A stretch of DNA of 64,000 nucleotides from Adineta vaga. Its lineage: Eukaryota; Animalia; Rotifera. The position numbers and the translations under genes are program-made. The notes under the pieces are model-generated. The model was not told the DNA's origin and made no database searches. It was given only the letters and a program-made list of their open reading frames with translations. The DNA lies in the NCBI GenBank assembly GCA_021613535.1, contig CP075495.1, forward strand, positions 14,198,001 to 14,262,000, in the 5' to 3' direction. This document shows positions 13,676-26,300 of the stretch, one piece after another (position 1 is the first letter of the stretch; each line of letters begins with the position of its first letter).

Positions 13676-16600
13676 TTAAGATTTATTGAAAGCTTCCGAT
13701 GGAATCATTTTCTAAATAGAAAAATAAATAAATATTTCACATTTGATCAATAACAAAAAGTCTTAGTTTACCTTTTGATGTGCATCTAGAAAATTTTCTG
13801 CTGCTTTATCATAATTCCAATTATTTTCTTGTAAACATCTGTAGAACAAAGTCAGAAGAGTCTTGAATTATGACTTGTCAAAGTAGAACTTACAATTTTG
13901 AATATGCTATATTCATTCCTGATTCTTGTGAAAATTTCAGTACCATTTGATTTTCAATATCGCCATTAGAATTGGTTGGTTGAGATGTAGTAGACACTGT
14001 TGATGTTGGTGTTGGACGAGTCATACTCTGAATAAAGAATAAAAGAATTTATTTTTGTTTTGGTATATAAGTCTGAACTTTCTACATACCGAAATTTGAG
14101 CATCAGTTGCATTTGTTATCATGATATGATCAGCAATAATCAATACACTATGAAAGAAATTTTTTTTCTGAAATTAAAAGTCATAAATAGAAAATTTGTA
14201 TGCTTACCCAGCAGTTGTTTGTGCACAAGTAAATGTACGTTGAAAACATCGTACAGGACTATTAGCATTTTGATCGACTAATAAATGACATAGTCATAAA
14301 TAAGATTTTTATTCGAAAACGACACTTACCTTCTCGATACAGGCCACTCACTGTAAAAATAGCTCGATTATTCTACAAAACAGATTGAATTGTATTGTAA
14401 AAAGTAGAAAGAAACATTTTCATAACTTACTGCTGTTGAAATAACATCAACATGAAATGAATTTCCATCATGTTTTGTTAGTGGAAATTTCGTTCTTAGA
14501 AATTCCAATATTGTCGATTTTCCATGTCGTAATAACATCATTCGTCGTTTATCATCAAAAACTTTTTGTAAATTTCTTGATTCACTGATAAATGTACCAA
14601 ATTTAAATTGTCGCGTAGGAACAATCGAACCATCCACTGATGAAATACATAATGAAAACATACATAAATCATGATAACAAGCTTGTAATTCTTCTCGTCC
14701 ACGTGTATCGAATAATCGATAGTATTCATCGATAAATTTAGCAAGAAATCCTTGCATATCATGTGGAACACAATGTGGTACTGATGCTGGCAAAGTTATT
14801 GTTTCAATATCAGTTGCAAAACGAATCGTTGGTGGTAGATCAACATTATCCTTGGTTAGAAAAAGAAAAGACAAAAACATGAAGAAATTGTTTGAAAAGT
14901 TCAATGTTTAACTTACAATCCGTTTGAGTTGTGGTAATTTCTGACGTATAGTACTAGAATGTGAGGAGATGGACCAATTGAATAGATGCTTATTGTACAA
15001 TACAACTGAAAAGATAGACACACAAACAACAGCAGCAACAAATGATCGTCTCGCTTGGAATGCGACACTTACACACGTCTAAATCGAATGTTTTCGATTC
15101 TGAAATCATTCCATTCTCAATCAATTCTTCCTCACTGTTAGAAGATACTAATGAATCTTATTTTTTTCCTCTATGGTTAATGAGATCGTCTGTTACATTT
15201 TACAATCATTCACTTTCTCTGATTACAAATACAAAAAACTTCTTTTCTTTTTTGAATTGTCCAAATATTGTTGCCATTTAAGTGGTTTATATGAAGGGTA
15301 TTATTTTTTGTAATCGGATGTCTTTAATTAATATATTTTTTGTCATCAAAATAAATCCTATTTAAAATAGGAATAAAACTGATTTCATATAATGAATCAG
15401 CTGATCAACAGATCAGAATTTGAATGATAAATTTCTTAGTTGTTGTAATATTTCGACATCCGTTTTTATTTAGAGTGAGTAGGAGATGAGGAAAATCACT
15501 CTATTTATTCGCCGTTGATTGATTGTGAAGAAAATTTTATCGACGTACAAAAAACTTCATAATAATTACAATAAAATCAAGAAATTTTTCATATAATTAT
15601 CTTTTTTTCTCTCACTCCCATGAATTTTTGTTGTACAACACACTCTCACTTGGAATGTAACTAGACGATCTCAGTTTTTCGTAGTTTCATTTTTTTTGTT
15701 TTCATCTAATTCAGTGAAGTTGAATGAAAAATAGAGAATAAAATTCACTGAAAACATTCGATTTACGAACATGTAGATATGTTTTGTCTTTGTCTGTTGT
15801 GAATGTCTGTGGAAAAAAAAGATTCTTTAGATCTGACCTTATAATATCGTCCATTGAAGAAGTATTGCGTTTGTTACTTGATAAAGTTAATGGATTGTTT
15901 TTAATAAATAGATGATCAAGATGAGGTAATTGTTTAAGATTATCAAAATCATCAACATTTTTTAACTAAAAAATAAATTAATTTGAATAACTTTTCATTT
16001 TATAAAAAAAATATATAACCAACTTGATTTGAAGCAATACTAAGAAGTACAAGATCATTCAAACGAAGATTACGAAATTCATGTAAATTGACGATATTAT
16101 TTGAACCCAAATCAAGTTGACGTGTCTATGGTGGAAATAATTAGATATTGAAGAACAAAAGAATTAGAAATACAAACCATATGAAGATCTTTATTAACGA
16201 TATCGACGACTTCACGTATGAATGCATGTTTATTGAATTGAGGAAATATTCCGAGAGAACTTAGTTCTAAAAAGAAAATTCATATCAAATATCGAGAAAC
16301 AAAGGAATGATAATGTTCAATTTCTGTTTTTTCAAAAATTGACAGTTCTTACCTTCATCATCTGCTAAATTTGTTAAATCTAATTTGAAAATTTGTTGAT
16401 CAAACCGACGATTAATTAGATAATCCTAAAGAAATAATAATTGTAAACATATAACTACGTATTTTATTTTCAATTATCTACTTTAAAATGTGGTCGTATA
16501 TCTTCATCTAATGATGGTATAGGTGCAGGTACTCGACTAATAAGAATACGAAGCTATAAAAACAAAAGATATTCAATATTTTCTTCATTATTTAATTCTA

Positions 16601-17185
16601 TCACTATTTACTATATCTAAACCTTGAACTTCAACTTTTCCATTAGCACGTTTAATCATATCTGCGTCTTGTTGACTATTGACAAAGAAAATTCCAGCTT
16701 TGTGTTTTGAATCAATATGATACTAAATCAATAAATAATCTATTGAAATATTTCAATTATTGAATGGAATCGTCTTTTACATGATAAGGTAGAAATTGTC
16801 GTGGACAATGAGCTCGAAGAGCAGTAATAACACGTTCCTTGCCAATATTTCCAGCATCTTGAATTGTAATACGCCACCAACCTGTTTGATTATGTTGCGG
16901 ATGTCTCAATTGAGGAGTTGAACGAACTGGACGTCGATTTCCATTAGGTTTGCCCATACGTCCTCGCGATGAAAAATCATGAAAAGAATTGCCAATGGGT
17001 GCTAAATGGTGACCCATTGATTTCATTAATGTATCAACATCATCTCCGCCTGTTGGACGACGATCTGATTCAGGACGATAATTTCTTGGACCATTACGTT
17101 GATGAAATTTTGAATTATATCGAGATGCTGTTGGATCTGTATGATTTCGATTACGATACGTTGAAAAATTATTACGATTTGACAT
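13676..17185 (-). CDS. NXF1: Nuclear RNA export factor 1 (TAP), multi-exon: RG-rich N-terminus, RRM-like, LRR, NTF2-like, UBA/TAP-C
   Basis: GWWRITI RRM start; LRR exon LKNVDDFDNLKQLPHLDHLFIKNNPL; NTF2-like FIDEYYRLFDTRGREELQACYHDLCMFS...LPLTKHD-like...RTFT...IISNDQL; C-terminal FSQESGMN...CLQENNWNYDKA...IPSEAF; stop TAA 13678-13676. Confidence 0.93.
14954..15837 (-). other. NXF1 cassette (putatively retained) intron, 884 nt, with nested long-range stems
   Basis: Lies between a 128-nt exon (15965-15838) and a 37-nt exon (14953-14917); perfect 16-bp inverted repeat 15750-15765/15080-15095 plus further nested stems. Confidence 0.85.
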
Positions 17186-17720
17186 ATTCTATTTAATAAT
17201 CTAAAATGATTGTATTAACAATGGGATTTTTTCGATTCACAATGATTACAACATTCATGTCTCGTCTCATTTCTTCTTACTCAATTTTAAAATTAGATAA
17301 TGTATGTAAGAAAGAGAAAGAGAAGGGAATATGAAAGAGTCATATTCATTCATTTTATCCACATGACGCATAGCCAATCATATTCAATTTCTTTTTTCTC
17401 TTATTTTTTTTTTGTATAGTCATATCGATCTCATTTTTTTAATGTTATTTTATTAAACAAATAAAGTTTGTTTTTTTATTTTTGCATGAAAAATTATTTT
17501 ATGATAATAATCATGTTATTCAGTGACATCTACTTGACTTCTTCCTTATTGTCACATGGATATTGACCATTCAAGAAAGATAATACATAGAAATTGAATT
17601 CTTATTCGTTCATTTATTGATTATCATCGTCGCCGTCTTCGTTTCGTTTCGTTCATTGATAGTCGTTTAGATTATTTTTATTCATGTTATTTGAGATAAC
17701 AATGCAATAATTCAAAAGCA
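17186..17720. promoter_or_regulatory. Short divergent (bidirectional) promoter region between NXF1 and the RNF4-like gene
   Basis: Head-to-head ATGs 535 nt apart; TGACGCA and AGCCAATCA (CCAAT box) at ~17364-17380. Confidence 0.5.
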
Positions 17721-18576
17721 ATGAAACGACAATTCAATTCGTCATCACCACCTTCGTCACCGTTTTCCAATTCACAAATTTCGGATGAACTTGAACCTGT
17801 ACCAAAACGACCTCGTATTTTTGTTTCTTCACCAACACCACCGCCAGATCCTATCGACGATGACAACGAAGAAGAAGAAGAAATTATTGTTGATGAACCT
17901 ATTATTCCGTCTGTAAATATTACCGAAGAGAAGTGAGAACATGTTCTATGAATAAAAAAACACACACAAGTTCTAAATTTTTTAATATTTCAGTTTAAAT
18001 GAAGAACAAGATGATGACAACGATATTATTGAAATTGAACAACAATATGATAATGGAGTTATTATTGTTTCGGATTCTGATACAGACGATGATCTAGGAA
18101 TTGATGTTACGGACGATATTATTCCATCGATATCTTCTTTAATTAATGAATCTATAGCGTCGCCTACTAGTACTGATGTTGAAATTGTTCATGAAGAAGT
18201 AGCTTTAATGGACGATGATGACGAAGAAGAACAGCAGCAGCAGCAAGAAATGGCTGATCAGGAATCTCTTGATATTATATCAGATGATAATGAGAATAAT
18301 GAATTAATCGATTTGACAGATGACGAACCACCTTCTATTATTTCTTCTTCCGTTTTACTTGAACGTAAATTATCAACTGATGTTCAACAATGTCCCATTT
18401 GTCTCGAAACACTATCACATTTACAACGCACAGGTATTTATTTAATAATCACTCCATGTCGTCATGTCATGTGTACATTATGCAGTCGGCAATTATTGGC
18501 AACTTCATCGCGATGTCCTCTATGTCGAGAAAATGTCACTTCAACAACATTATTGCCATACTGTATTCTTACCTGA
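17721..18576 (+). CDS. RNF4-like SUMO-targeted ubiquitin ligase; exons 17721-17932 and 17994-18576
   Basis: Several SIM-like motifs in acidic context (IIVDE, DIIEIE, VIIVSDSD, LDIISDD, ELIDLTDDE), NLS PKRPR, C-terminal C3HC4 RING CPIC...CRHVMCTLC...CPLC. Confidence 0.8.
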
Positions 18577-20358
18577 AATATCTATTCAACAAAATGAAAA
18601 TTTATCTCTGTGTTTATATGTGTTATTGTATATATGTACGTTTTGTTTTGATCTCTCTTTCATACATTAACTGTGTTATTTGTCTCTCTAGAATAGCTAC
18701 GCTTAAAGAATGAAATGTTTTTTTGTCGTCATATTTCTTTTTTTTAATAACAGAGATCAGTCGAATGAACTTCTATTTATTTCTGCTTTGTCTTTTTTCG
18801 CTTTTCTAGATGATCCATACAATATTTTGAGTATTGCAACATAATTAGAATGAAACATATCCGTAGTAACAAATGAAAACTAAAATAATATCATATTTAC
18901 ATATTAAGATCAAGATAATTGCATAGGACTAATTCTTTTTTTTCTATTTAAATACATTTCTATCACAAATTCTTGAAATAGATAATAGATTCCTATCGAT
19001 AATCTACTCATTGGTGATAAAATATTCACAATGTAGACAAGTCTTGTATCATTTTATTCTAAGATAATAACCAAACACAGGAGTGAAAATAATAGATCGA
19101 TGTCTGGTTAGTTTTGAATTACTTTTTATTAGGAAAATTCAGTAAGCATTGTAATCGCAAGAAATTGATTTATGCTTATGTGGATTACATTTTGTTCGAT
19201 ATATGTACCCTAACGTTCATTTATCGTTGTTCATTAAAAGTTTAACTATGAATAACAACAAAGTCCATGAATGTATTGACTAAACAACCATCACATAAAT
19301 ATAAGCAAATTATTGTTTATCACCTCGACATTATATAAAAGTACATGATATAAATTTATTAGTTGATTTTTCACATTACCATCAACATTCTCATCATATC
19401 GAAAATCATCGTAATTCAATAATATAAACAATATTTAAACAATATTTATGAGATGTTTCATGAGAAGAATCTATTAAACTATTATTTCATCGGATAACGA
19501 TGACTCTGATACCATTGCCTAGAATATTTATAAATCTTGACGGTATGTCGATTATTTGTTCTCTTCTCATCGTCTTACTATTCTCACTACTTTCTGGACT
19601 TGTTTCTTCCAGTAACAGTATCACTTTTTTAAAATTAAATGTCAAACAAAAATTATTGTAAAATTTAACAATTTGCACAAGAATATTTTGAACAAAGTTG
19701 AAGATTGTCAGTCAAAGTATATGAGAAAGTTGACGACTGAAAACAATGTTTATTCATCGTTACTAGGAGATCGTTATTGTTTGGTCTTCGTCAGATACTT
19801 AAGAGGAACACAATGATTCAAATGATATCGAAGCGCTAGAAGATCAGTATCATCCATATTGTTTTCTCACTTGGAGCAGAAAAAAAAATGTACTCCCATA
19901 TTTGCTAGAAGACTGTTTTTGTTGTTTGCACCGTTTTAGTACATATAATCTTTTATGGAATATTCACGATCGTTCGTCACTATTATAAAGAAGAAGAAAA
20001 AGCGAAGGATCCTGACAATTATTGACGTTCTTGATCTTCCGTTTCTGTCTTACATGGTATTATATGATATCAATGGAAAATATTTTGTGGCTTTTTGGAA
20101 AGAGAGTGATTATTGTGTTCTATTCTTATTGTTTTCCAGGAATAGACTTTTTTTGGTGAAGATAATTTCTCTCCTATTTTTCTCTCATCCTGTCGATATC
20201 GATAGTATATTACTATTTGTTATATACGTTTCTTGATCATTTCTAACACGCAACTCAGTGCGTTTCATCTTTGTGTGTTAACGACGACGACAAAAATTAC
20301 TATTGATTGACTTCAATAATCTGATTTTTATCGAATATTATTCAAAAAAATATAGATA

Positions 20359-23300
20359 ATGTCTCAAACATATGATCATAATGATCCGGAAGTGGTCGAT
20401 GCGATGAAATATTTGATTCTTCCACCCGAAGAAAAAATTAAACTTCAAGCTCAACCTTTCGATGGTAAGAAAGCAGTTTGGGTACCAGATCCGAAAGAAT
20501 CTTATGTTGCTGGTGAAATTGTCAGCACAAAAGGTGATGATGTTACACTCAAGACCGGCAAAGGAGAGGTATGTATTTCTATTCAATATTGATTTAATGA
20601 TCAATTTCGATTTGATTGTTTTCAAGACTGTTACAGTTAAAAAAGATAATGTTCAACAAATGAATCCACCGAAATATTCATGCACGGACGATATGGCTGA
20701 TTTAACTCATTTAAATGATGGTTCAGTCTTAGCCAATTTACGTGATCGTTATGCACGTTGGCTTATCTATGTATGTTTAATTTTAGAATTTGAATTATTT
20801 TCAATGAAAATTTTCTAGACTTATTCGGGTCTTTTTTGTGTCGTCATTAATCCATACAAACGTTTACCAATTTATACAATGAAGGTAGTTCTCATGTATC
20901 GTGGTAGGAAACGTACTGAAGTTGCACCACATCTGTATGCCATTGCTGACAATGCCTATTCGAATATGCTTCGTGGTGAGTATTATACTGTAAACAATGA
21001 TGTTTATTAAGAAAGCAATTGTTCGAACGTTAAAGATCACCTGATAATGATACACGTCATAGGGAGAAAAAGGACATATCCTTGAATATGCTTCGTTGAT
21101 GGAATGTCACGAAAGGCGTATCCACGTCTGGATCAACATCGACATATGAAGAAAGAGTGAGCAAATGTAATCTAATATGGGTATATGAAAGGGAAAAGAC
21201 ATTTGTTAGATGCTTGTTATCACCTACGTAGATGCACACTGAGAAAACCGACATTCGACGTCAATCAACAGATGCAACTTGTTTGTTGTGATTAGATCAA
21301 GAGCTAAGAAAAGATTATTTTCATGAAATAGCATATGTCATACTGCTGCGAGAAGAAATTAGTCGAGAATTAACGACTTTCTAACGAGAAACACAATTCA
21401 ATTCTCATACAAATAGTTATTCCATCTGTAACTTAATTTGTAAATTGACATATACAATAGATTTCATCATTTAATATATTATATTGGATTAGACTTCATC
21501 AATGATAAACGTTAATAAACGAAATCTCGTCTTTAGATATATTTGTTAATTATTGATATTATGATATCATCCTAGATCCTCAAGCATTTATTTGTACAAG
21601 TGATTCTAGTTACACGACATGATAAAATACAGAGATTATATTGACAGACGCCACTTATTTGAAAATAAGTATATTGAATCAGAATAAATGAACTTTACAG
21701 AAAAGAAAAAAAATTCACAACAGGATATACGATCATCTGACCAATACAGAGTTTTGACATACACATTTTTAACAAGTGTCTATGAACATCTTGCTCATCA
21801 ATCTCATTTTTGCTATTGAAAATTGCTACAAAATAAACTGAAATTTAAAAGAAACATGTATAAAATAAATGTCTTGGGATTTTTTAAAAATTGAATATTT
21901 TCGTTGAATTTCCTCATATTAAGTAACAATATCGATGAATATGCTGTTAAACTTATTGTATTGATATGTCATATAGATCGTGAAAATCAATCGATGTTGA
22001 TTACTGGTGAATCTGGTGCTGGTAAAACAGAAAATACGAAGAAGGTCATTCAATATTTTGCTTTGGTCGCTGCTGCTGGTGTGAAAAAGGAAGATACTGG
22101 CAAAGTAATTTTTTTCAAAACTATAATATCATTTACAAATATATTTCTAAATAGAAAACAATGACACTTGAAGATCAAATTATTTCAGCTAGTAAGTTTC
22201 TATCTCGTTGTTGCCTTTGAATAAATTGATATTCATCAATATCTTTGTCTTAATTAGATCCGGTATTGGAAGCTTATGGTAATGCAAAGACAACCCGTAA
22301 TAACAATTCTTCACGATTCGTAAGTTCAAGTTTTTGTTTTGTTTTGGTTTTGCAAGATAGTCTATAAAAACATCTACTTTTTTTCTTTCTTTTTATTTGA
22401 TTTGTACGTGTATATATTCGTAGGGTAAATTTATTCGAATTCATTTCGGTCCAAGTGGTAAAATTGCTGGTGCTGATATTGAAGTATATCTTCTTGAAAA
22501 ATCTCGTGTCATCTTTCAGGTATAGCAATTCATTTTTTATTCTTATTTTAATTATTTTCTTTATTTCTTCTATTTATAGCAACCGGGTATGTTTAAAGTT
22601 TGTATGATTGGAAAATATTTCAATATCATTTTTGTTTTAAGCTGAACGTAATTATCATATCTTTTATCAATTATGTTCAAATGGAATACCTGAAAATCAT
22701 AGTATGTTTCTTTACTATTCAATTTCTGAACAGTATTAAATATCATACTTTATTTTCTAGAAATGTGTCTTATTTCAAATGATCCATCGAAATATCAATT
22801 TGTAGCACAAGGTATGCTCACAATCGATGGTGTTGATGATGATGAAGAAATGCGTCTTACCGACGAAGCTTTTGATATTCTTGGTTTTACTCAAGTTTGT
22901 ATATTATATTCATTATAAAGTAAGAAAAAATCATTTTATTTCGAAATATTCTAGGAAGAAAAACATAGTATGTATAAATGCACAGCTGCCATCATGCATT
23001 TCGGTAATTCACAATGGAAACAACGACCTCGAGAAGAACAAGCTGAAGCTGACGGCACAGAAGATTGTGAAAAAGTAGCACATTTACTTGAAGTTGATGC
23101 AGCTGACCTTATCAAAGGCTTACTCAAGCCTCGTATCAAGGTTCAAAAATTCAATTTCTTCTCTATTAAATTATTAAAATGTTCCACATTTTATTCAGGT
23201 CGGTAATGAATATGTTAACAAAGGTCAAAATAAAGATCAAGTTATTAACTCAATTGGTGCTCTTTCAAAATCGGTAAAAGAAAATGAATTATTGAAAGAG

Positions 23301-26300
23301 ACATAGGAATTTGACTTTCTTATTTTAGATCTATCATCGAATGTTTTGTTGGTTGGTCGAGCGTGTTAACGTAACACTTGATGTTAAAGCTAAACGACAA
23401 TACTTTATCGGTGTTCTTGATATTGCTGGTTTCGAAATCTTTGAAGTAAGTTTTTGACTGTTATTGAAAACAATCTTCTATTTTAACGTATATATTTCAT
23501 AGTACAATGGTTTTGAACAATTATGTATTAATTATACAAATGAACGTCTTCAACAATTCTTCAATCATCATATGTTCGTCTTAGAACAAGAAGAATATAA
23601 ACGAGAAGGTATTCAATGGACATTTATTGATTTTGGTATGGATTTACAAGCTTGTATTGATTTGATTGAAAAGGTATTTTATATATTCATTGCTCATACT
23701 TCATTTGTAATCATTATATTTTCTCTATTAGCCTATGGGTATTCTTTCAATCTTGGAAGAAGAATGTATCGTACCCAAAGCTACCGATAAAACATTTGTT
23801 GAAAAACTTTACAATAATCATTTGGGTAAACATCCACAATTTGGTAAACCAAAACCATCAAAAGGTAAAGCTGAAGCACATTTTGAAATTCATCATTATG
23901 CTGGTTCGGTCCCATATACCGCTACGGGATGGCTCGAAAAGAACAAGGATCCTATCAATACTACTGTGTATGTATATGAACTAGAGATCAGACTTGTCGA
24001 CATGATGTCTTTGTTATAGTGCTACTCTTTTTGCTAAATCGAAAAATGCTATGTTAGCTCATCTCTATGCTGATGTTATTGAAGAAGAAGGAGCTGGTAA
24101 AGCTGGTGCTAAGAAGAAAGGTGGTAGTATGCAAACAATTTCTGCTACTCATCGTGTAAGTTTCACATTTGATTCGATTTTGTTTCTATCGAATAAACTT
24201 TCTATCTATAGGAATCACTTAATAAATTAATGGCAAACTTGAAACAAACACATCCACATTTTGTTCGTTGTATTATTCCGAATGAAATTAAAACTGGAGG
24301 TGTTCTTGATTCACATTTGGTTATGCATCAACTTACTTGCAATGGTGTACTTGAAGGTATTCGTATTTGTCGTAAAGGTTTTCCAAATCGAATTATCTAT
24401 GCGGAATTTAAACAACGTTATTCAATTTTGGCACCTAATGCTATACCAAAAGGATTTGTTGATGCAAAGAAAGCAACAGATAATATTCTTAAAGACGTCG
24501 CTTTATCCGAAGAATTATATCGATTAGGTACAACAAAAGTCTTCTTCAAGGCAGGAACTTTGGGTCATCTTGAAGATTTACGTGATCAAGCTCTATCGAG
24601 AATTATTGCTACTTTACAAGGACAAATTCGTGGTTATATTATGAAGAGAGAATACAAGAGAATGTTAGAACAACGTTTGGCTTTATCTGTTTTACAACGT
24701 AATATTCGTAAATATTTGTCACTTCGTAATTGGTCATGGTGGAAATTATATACCAAAGTTAAGCCTCTCTTATCTGTTGCTCGACAAGAAGATGAATTGA
24801 AAAAACTTGAAGATGAATTCAAAGCACTTAAAGAAACATTTGAAAAAGAAGAAAAATTACGTAAAGAAGTTGAAGAAAATAATTCAAAACTTATTCGAGG
24901 TAAATATTGAAAAAAAAATAGCTTGAGAAAATTTGTATGAAAATAATCGTTTTTTTCTAGAGAAAAATGAAATTTATTTACAATTGGAATCTCAACGAAC
25001 AAATATGGGAGAAGCAGAAGAACGTTTAACTCGTTTCGGTAAAATAGTTTTTTCTTACTAATCTTTATTCATTTTATTATCATATATTTCTAAATAGCAA
25101 CACAAAAAGCGGATCTTGAACAACAAATAAAAGAGATGTCTGATCGAATTGGTGAAGAAGAATCAAATACACAAGAATTGAATAAGAAGAAAAAGAAATT
25201 AGAACAGGATATTGATGGTCTTAAGAAAGATATTGATGATATTCGTTTAAGTCTTCAAAAATCTGAAAATGAATGTAAAACACGTGATAATCAAATCCGT
25301 ATGTTACAAGATGAAATGGCACAACAAGATGAAAGTATTGCTAAATTAACACGTGAACGTAAACGTCTCGAAGAACAAAATACAAAAACAACTGAAGAAT
25401 TACAAGCTGAAGAAGATAAAGTTAATCATTTAAATAAATTGAAAACCAAACTCGAACAAACACTTGATGAACTTGAAGGAAATTTAGAACGAGAGAAAAA
25501 AGGTCGTGCTGATTTAGATAAAGTTAAACGTAAAGTTGAAGGTGATCTTAAAACAGTACAAAGTAATCTTGAAGAAGTTGAACGATCAAAACGGGAACTT
25601 GAAGATAATCTTAAACGAAAAGATCAAGAAATTCAACAAATGAATGGTCGTCTCGAAACGGAACAAGGACAAGCAACAAGTCTTGGAAAGAAAATTAAAG
25701 AATCACAAGCACGTATTGAAGAAGTTGAAGAAGAATTAGAAAGTGAACGTCAAGCACGTGCAAAAATTGAAAAACAACGAGCTGATTTAGCACGTGAAAT
25801 TGATGAAATGCGTGATCGATTAGATGATGCTGGTGGTGCAACATCATCTCAAGTTGAAATGAATAAGAAACGAGAAGGTGAATTAGCTAAACTTCGTCGT
25901 GATTTAGAAGAAGCTAATCTTCAACATGAAGCCACAGCTGCACAACTTCGTAAGAAACATCAAGATGCTGTTAGTGGTACGTTAACTTTCATTTCTTTGA
26001 CATAGAATCAAATATTATTACTCTCTTTCGATAGAAATGGGCGAACAAATTGATCAGCTTCAAAAAATAAAAAATAAATTAGAAAAAGATAAACTTTCAG
26101 TTAAATCTGAATTAGATGATTTACGATCACAAATTGAACATATACAAAAAGGTAAAGGTGCTGCTGAAAAATTATCCAAACAACTTGAACAACAATTGAA
26201 TGACATGCATATCAAACTTGAAGAACAAGCTAAACAAGTTCATGATTTTACTCAACAAAAATCGAAATTAGTCAATGAAAATTCAGAATTACAAAGACAA

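Noticed and set aside
19487-19678. Small ORFs upstream of myosin (63 aa on minus; a 38-aa signal-peptide-like frame on plus)
   Set aside because: No homology cues or supporting splice structure.
21100-21121. TGGAATGTCACGAAAGGCGTAT in the myosin intron as an intronic miR-1-like myomiR
   Set aside because: The seed-like bases fall in the loop of a hairpin of only 36 nt; there is no pre-miRNA geometry and the 3' part differs from miR-1.
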